From: an uncultured archaeon
Lineage (GTDB): Archaea > Asgardarchaeota > Lokiarchaeia > Sigyniarchaeales > SOKP01
NCBI GenBank assembly: GCA_964388035.1
Contig: CAYLZE010000077.1
Span: 5,432 to 24,065 of the forward strand
Direction: 5' to 3'
Length of the DNA stretch: 18,634 bases
Shown here: positions 16,624 through 18,634 of the stretch, piece after piece
How positions within the stretch are numbered: position 1 is the first letter of the stretch
How the letters are laid out: every line of letters starts with the position of its first letter
Made by a program: the position numbers and the translations under genes
Notes under the pieces: generated by a model
Databases searched by the model: none
Seen by the model: only the letters and a program-made list of their open reading frames with translations
Told to the model about the DNA's origin: nothing

Positions 16624-18634
16624 ATGAATAAAAACGAGGAACAAGCAAATAGCTTAATTAATGAAAAGAGTCCATATTTGCTGCAACATGCCTATAATCC
16701 CGTCAATTGGTATGCTTGGGGTCAGCAGGCTTTTAAAAAAGCTAAACAAGAGAATAAACCAATTTTCCTTTCAATTGGGTATTCCACTTGTCATTGGTGT
16801 CATGTAATGGCACATGAGTCGTTCGAGGATGAAGAAGTGGCAAAACTAATGAATCAAACTTTTATTTCCATTAAGGTGGATCGGGAGGAACGCCCCGATA
16901 TAGATCAAATTTACATGGATGTGTGTCAATTACTCACGGGGAGTGGTGGATGGCCTTTAACTATTATCATGACCCCCGAAAAAAAGCCCTTTTTCGCGGG
17001 AACTTATTTTCCAAAATATGGTCGCTTCGGACGAATGGGATTGATAGATTTGATCAAAAGAATAGACCAGCTCTGGAATACAGAAAGGCAGAAATTAATG
17101 GATTCCGCAAATGAAATCACTTTTTCTTTACAAAACATAACAGGTGAAGCACCAGGAAATAAATTAGATACAAAAGTTTTAAAAAGCGCATATAATCAAT
17201 TAGCCATGCAATATGATTCATCTCATGGAGGTTTTGGTTCACGACCTAAATTTCCAACTCCTCATAACCTCATATTCCTTTTAAGATTCTGGGATCGTAC
17301 GGGAAAGACGGAAGCTCTTGAGATGGTGGTGAAAACATTAAAAGAAATGAGAAAAGGGGGAATGTATGATCAAATAGGATTCGGTTTTCATCGATATTCG
17401 ACGGATGAACGATGGTTTGTACCTCACTTTGAAAAAATGTTGTATGACCAAGCTTTACTGGCAATCGCATACATGGAAGCTTATTTGGCCACGAAAAATG
17501 AAGAATTTGCAACGGTTGCGCAAGAAATCTTCAGTTATATCTTGAGAGATATGACTTCTGAAAAAGGAGGATTTTACTCGGCAGAGGATGCTGATAGTGA
17601 GGGCGTGGAGGGGAAATTTTATGTCTGGTCTCAACAAGAGTTAAAATCGCTCTTGAATGAGGAAGATTTTAAGATTATAGCGAAAACTTATAATATTGTG
17701 GAAGAAGGAAATTATTTGGAGGAAGCAACGCAAGAAAAGACGAAAAATAATATTCTTTACATGAAGGATTCTTTAGAAGAAATTGCCAGGTCATTAAACA
17801 TGGAAAAAGATGCATTTTTATCTAAACTAAAATTGATTAGAGAACAGCTTTTTGAAATTAGAGAAAAACGAGTTCATCCTCATAAAGATGATAAAATTCT
17901 CACCGACTGGAATGGTTTAATGATTGCAGCTTTGTCTATGGGCTACAGAATTTTTAATGAAAAGAAATACTTGAAAGCAGCAGAAAATGCAATTGAGTTT
18001 ATTTTTAATACTTTATACCGACCTAATAATATATTATTGCATCGATATCGAGATGGAGAAGCGGACATAGTAGCTTTTCTAACAGATTATGCCTTTCTAA
18101 CATGGGGATTAATTGAAATGTATGAAACAACTTTTAATGCAGTTTATTTACAGCGAGCGATTGAGTTGAATAAAGGCATGCTCGATCATTTTTGGGATGA
18201 GGAGATTGGAGGTTTCTTTTTCAGTGCTAATGAGGGAGAGGAATTGATCACTAAAAAAAAAGAGTTATATGATGGGGCGATCCCTTCGGGAAATTCCATA
18301 GCTTTGCTAAATTTATTGCGTTTGAGTTTACTCACGGGAGATCATGTACTCGAAGAAAAAGCAGATCGATTACTTCGAGTTTTTAGCGAAAGAATAATGA
18401 ATAATCCCTTAGCTTACATGCAATTTCTCATTGCTATCGATTTGGCTAATGGGCCCTCCTATTCATTAGTAATTTCCGGAGATAAGAATGCCGCAGATAC
18501 CAATGCATTTTTAGAGGCACTTAATTCTAATTACCTTCCTCACAATACATTCATTCTCCGGGACATGAATAATGCTCCCCCTGAAATCGATGAATATTCC
18601 AATTTTATTCAGTATTTTGATCAAGTGAACGATA
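16624..18634 (+). CDS. yyaL: YyaL/SSP411 (SPATA20-like) thioredoxin-domain protein with C-terminal alpha/alpha-barrel-like domain, 3' truncated by window edge
   Basis: Manual translation from ATG 16624: [103 protein letters not shown] and [10 protein letters not shown], all in one frame to the window end. Not in the ORF track because no stop is present. Confidence 0.96.
   Translation, partial: MNKNEEQANSLINEKSPYLLQHAYNPVNWYAWGQQAFKKAKQENKPIFLSIGYSTCHWCHVMAHESFEDEEVAKLMNQTFISIKVDREERPDIDQIYMDVCQLLTGSGGWPLTIIMTPEKKPFFAGTYFPKYGRFGRMGLIDLIKRIDQLWNTERQKLMDSANEITFSLQNITGEAPGNKLDTKVLKSAYNQLAMQYDSSHGGFGSRPKFPTPHNLIFLLRFWDRTGKTEALEMVVKTLKEMRKGGMYDQIGFGFHRYSTDERWFVPHFEKMLYDQALLAIAYMEAYLATKNEEFATVAQEIFSYILRDMTSEKGGFYSAEDADSEGVEGKFYVWSQQELKSLLNEEDFKIIAKTYNIVEEGNYLEEATQEKTKNNILYMKDSLEEIARSLNMEKDAFLSKLKLIREQLFEIREKRVHPHKDDKILTDWNGLMIAALSMGYRIFNEKKYLKAAENAIEFIFNTLYRPNNILLHRYRDGEADIVAFLTDYAFLTWGLIEMYETTFNAVYLQRAIELNKGMLDHFWDEEIGGFFFSANEGEELITKKKELYDGAIPSGNSIALLNLLRLSLLTGDHVLEEKADRLLRVFSERIMNNPLAYMQFLIAIDLANGPSYSLVISGDKNAADTNAFLEALNSNYLPHNTFILRDMNNAPPEIDEYSNFIQYFDQVND

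Noticed and set aside
16923-17637. ORF-track entries 16923-17114, 17270-17512 and 17455-17637
   Set aside because: All lie within the long yyaL frame that the track missed.
1-18634. rRNA, tRNA, CRISPR arrays, transposases/integrases, defence systems
   Set aside because: No cloverleaf, periodic repeat-spacer structure or corresponding protein motifs were seen by eye; covariance-model scans could not be run.

Overview
AT-rich prokaryotic window of mostly metabolic genes from an anaerobe. An archaeal origin, possibly Asgard/Lokiarchaeia-like, is inferred from MvhD, paralogous GPH-family MFS transporters, GGTGA/GGAGGT Shine-Dalgarno motifs, TATA-like boxes and oligo-T terminators; no marker gene in the window proves this. 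Gene order: truncated ferredoxin-like ORF (-), mvhD (-), class I SAM methyltransferase whose N-terminal third lacks a canonical start (-), GPH/MFS transporter (+), fdhD (-), second GPH/MFS transporter (+), 2-oxoacid:ferredoxin oxidoreductase alpha/beta pair (+), aldo/keto reductase (+), UDP-glucose/GDP-mannose dehydrogenase (-), nitroreductase (+), two overlapping paralogous cobalamin-binding radical SAM genes (+), and a YyaL/SSP411 thioredoxin-domain gene running off the right edge (absent from the ORF track). I found no rRNA, tRNA, CRISPR array or transposase. Best leads: (i) the oxidoreductase beta subunit lacks the fourth Fe-S cysteine and lies next to an aldo/keto reductase; (ii) a coupled tandem B12-radical SAM pair of unknown substrate; (iii) a degenerate fluoride-riboswitch-like structure downstream of that pair; (iv) a methyltransferase that needs a frameshift or non-canonical start. 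None is demonstrated to be a novel system from sequence alone.
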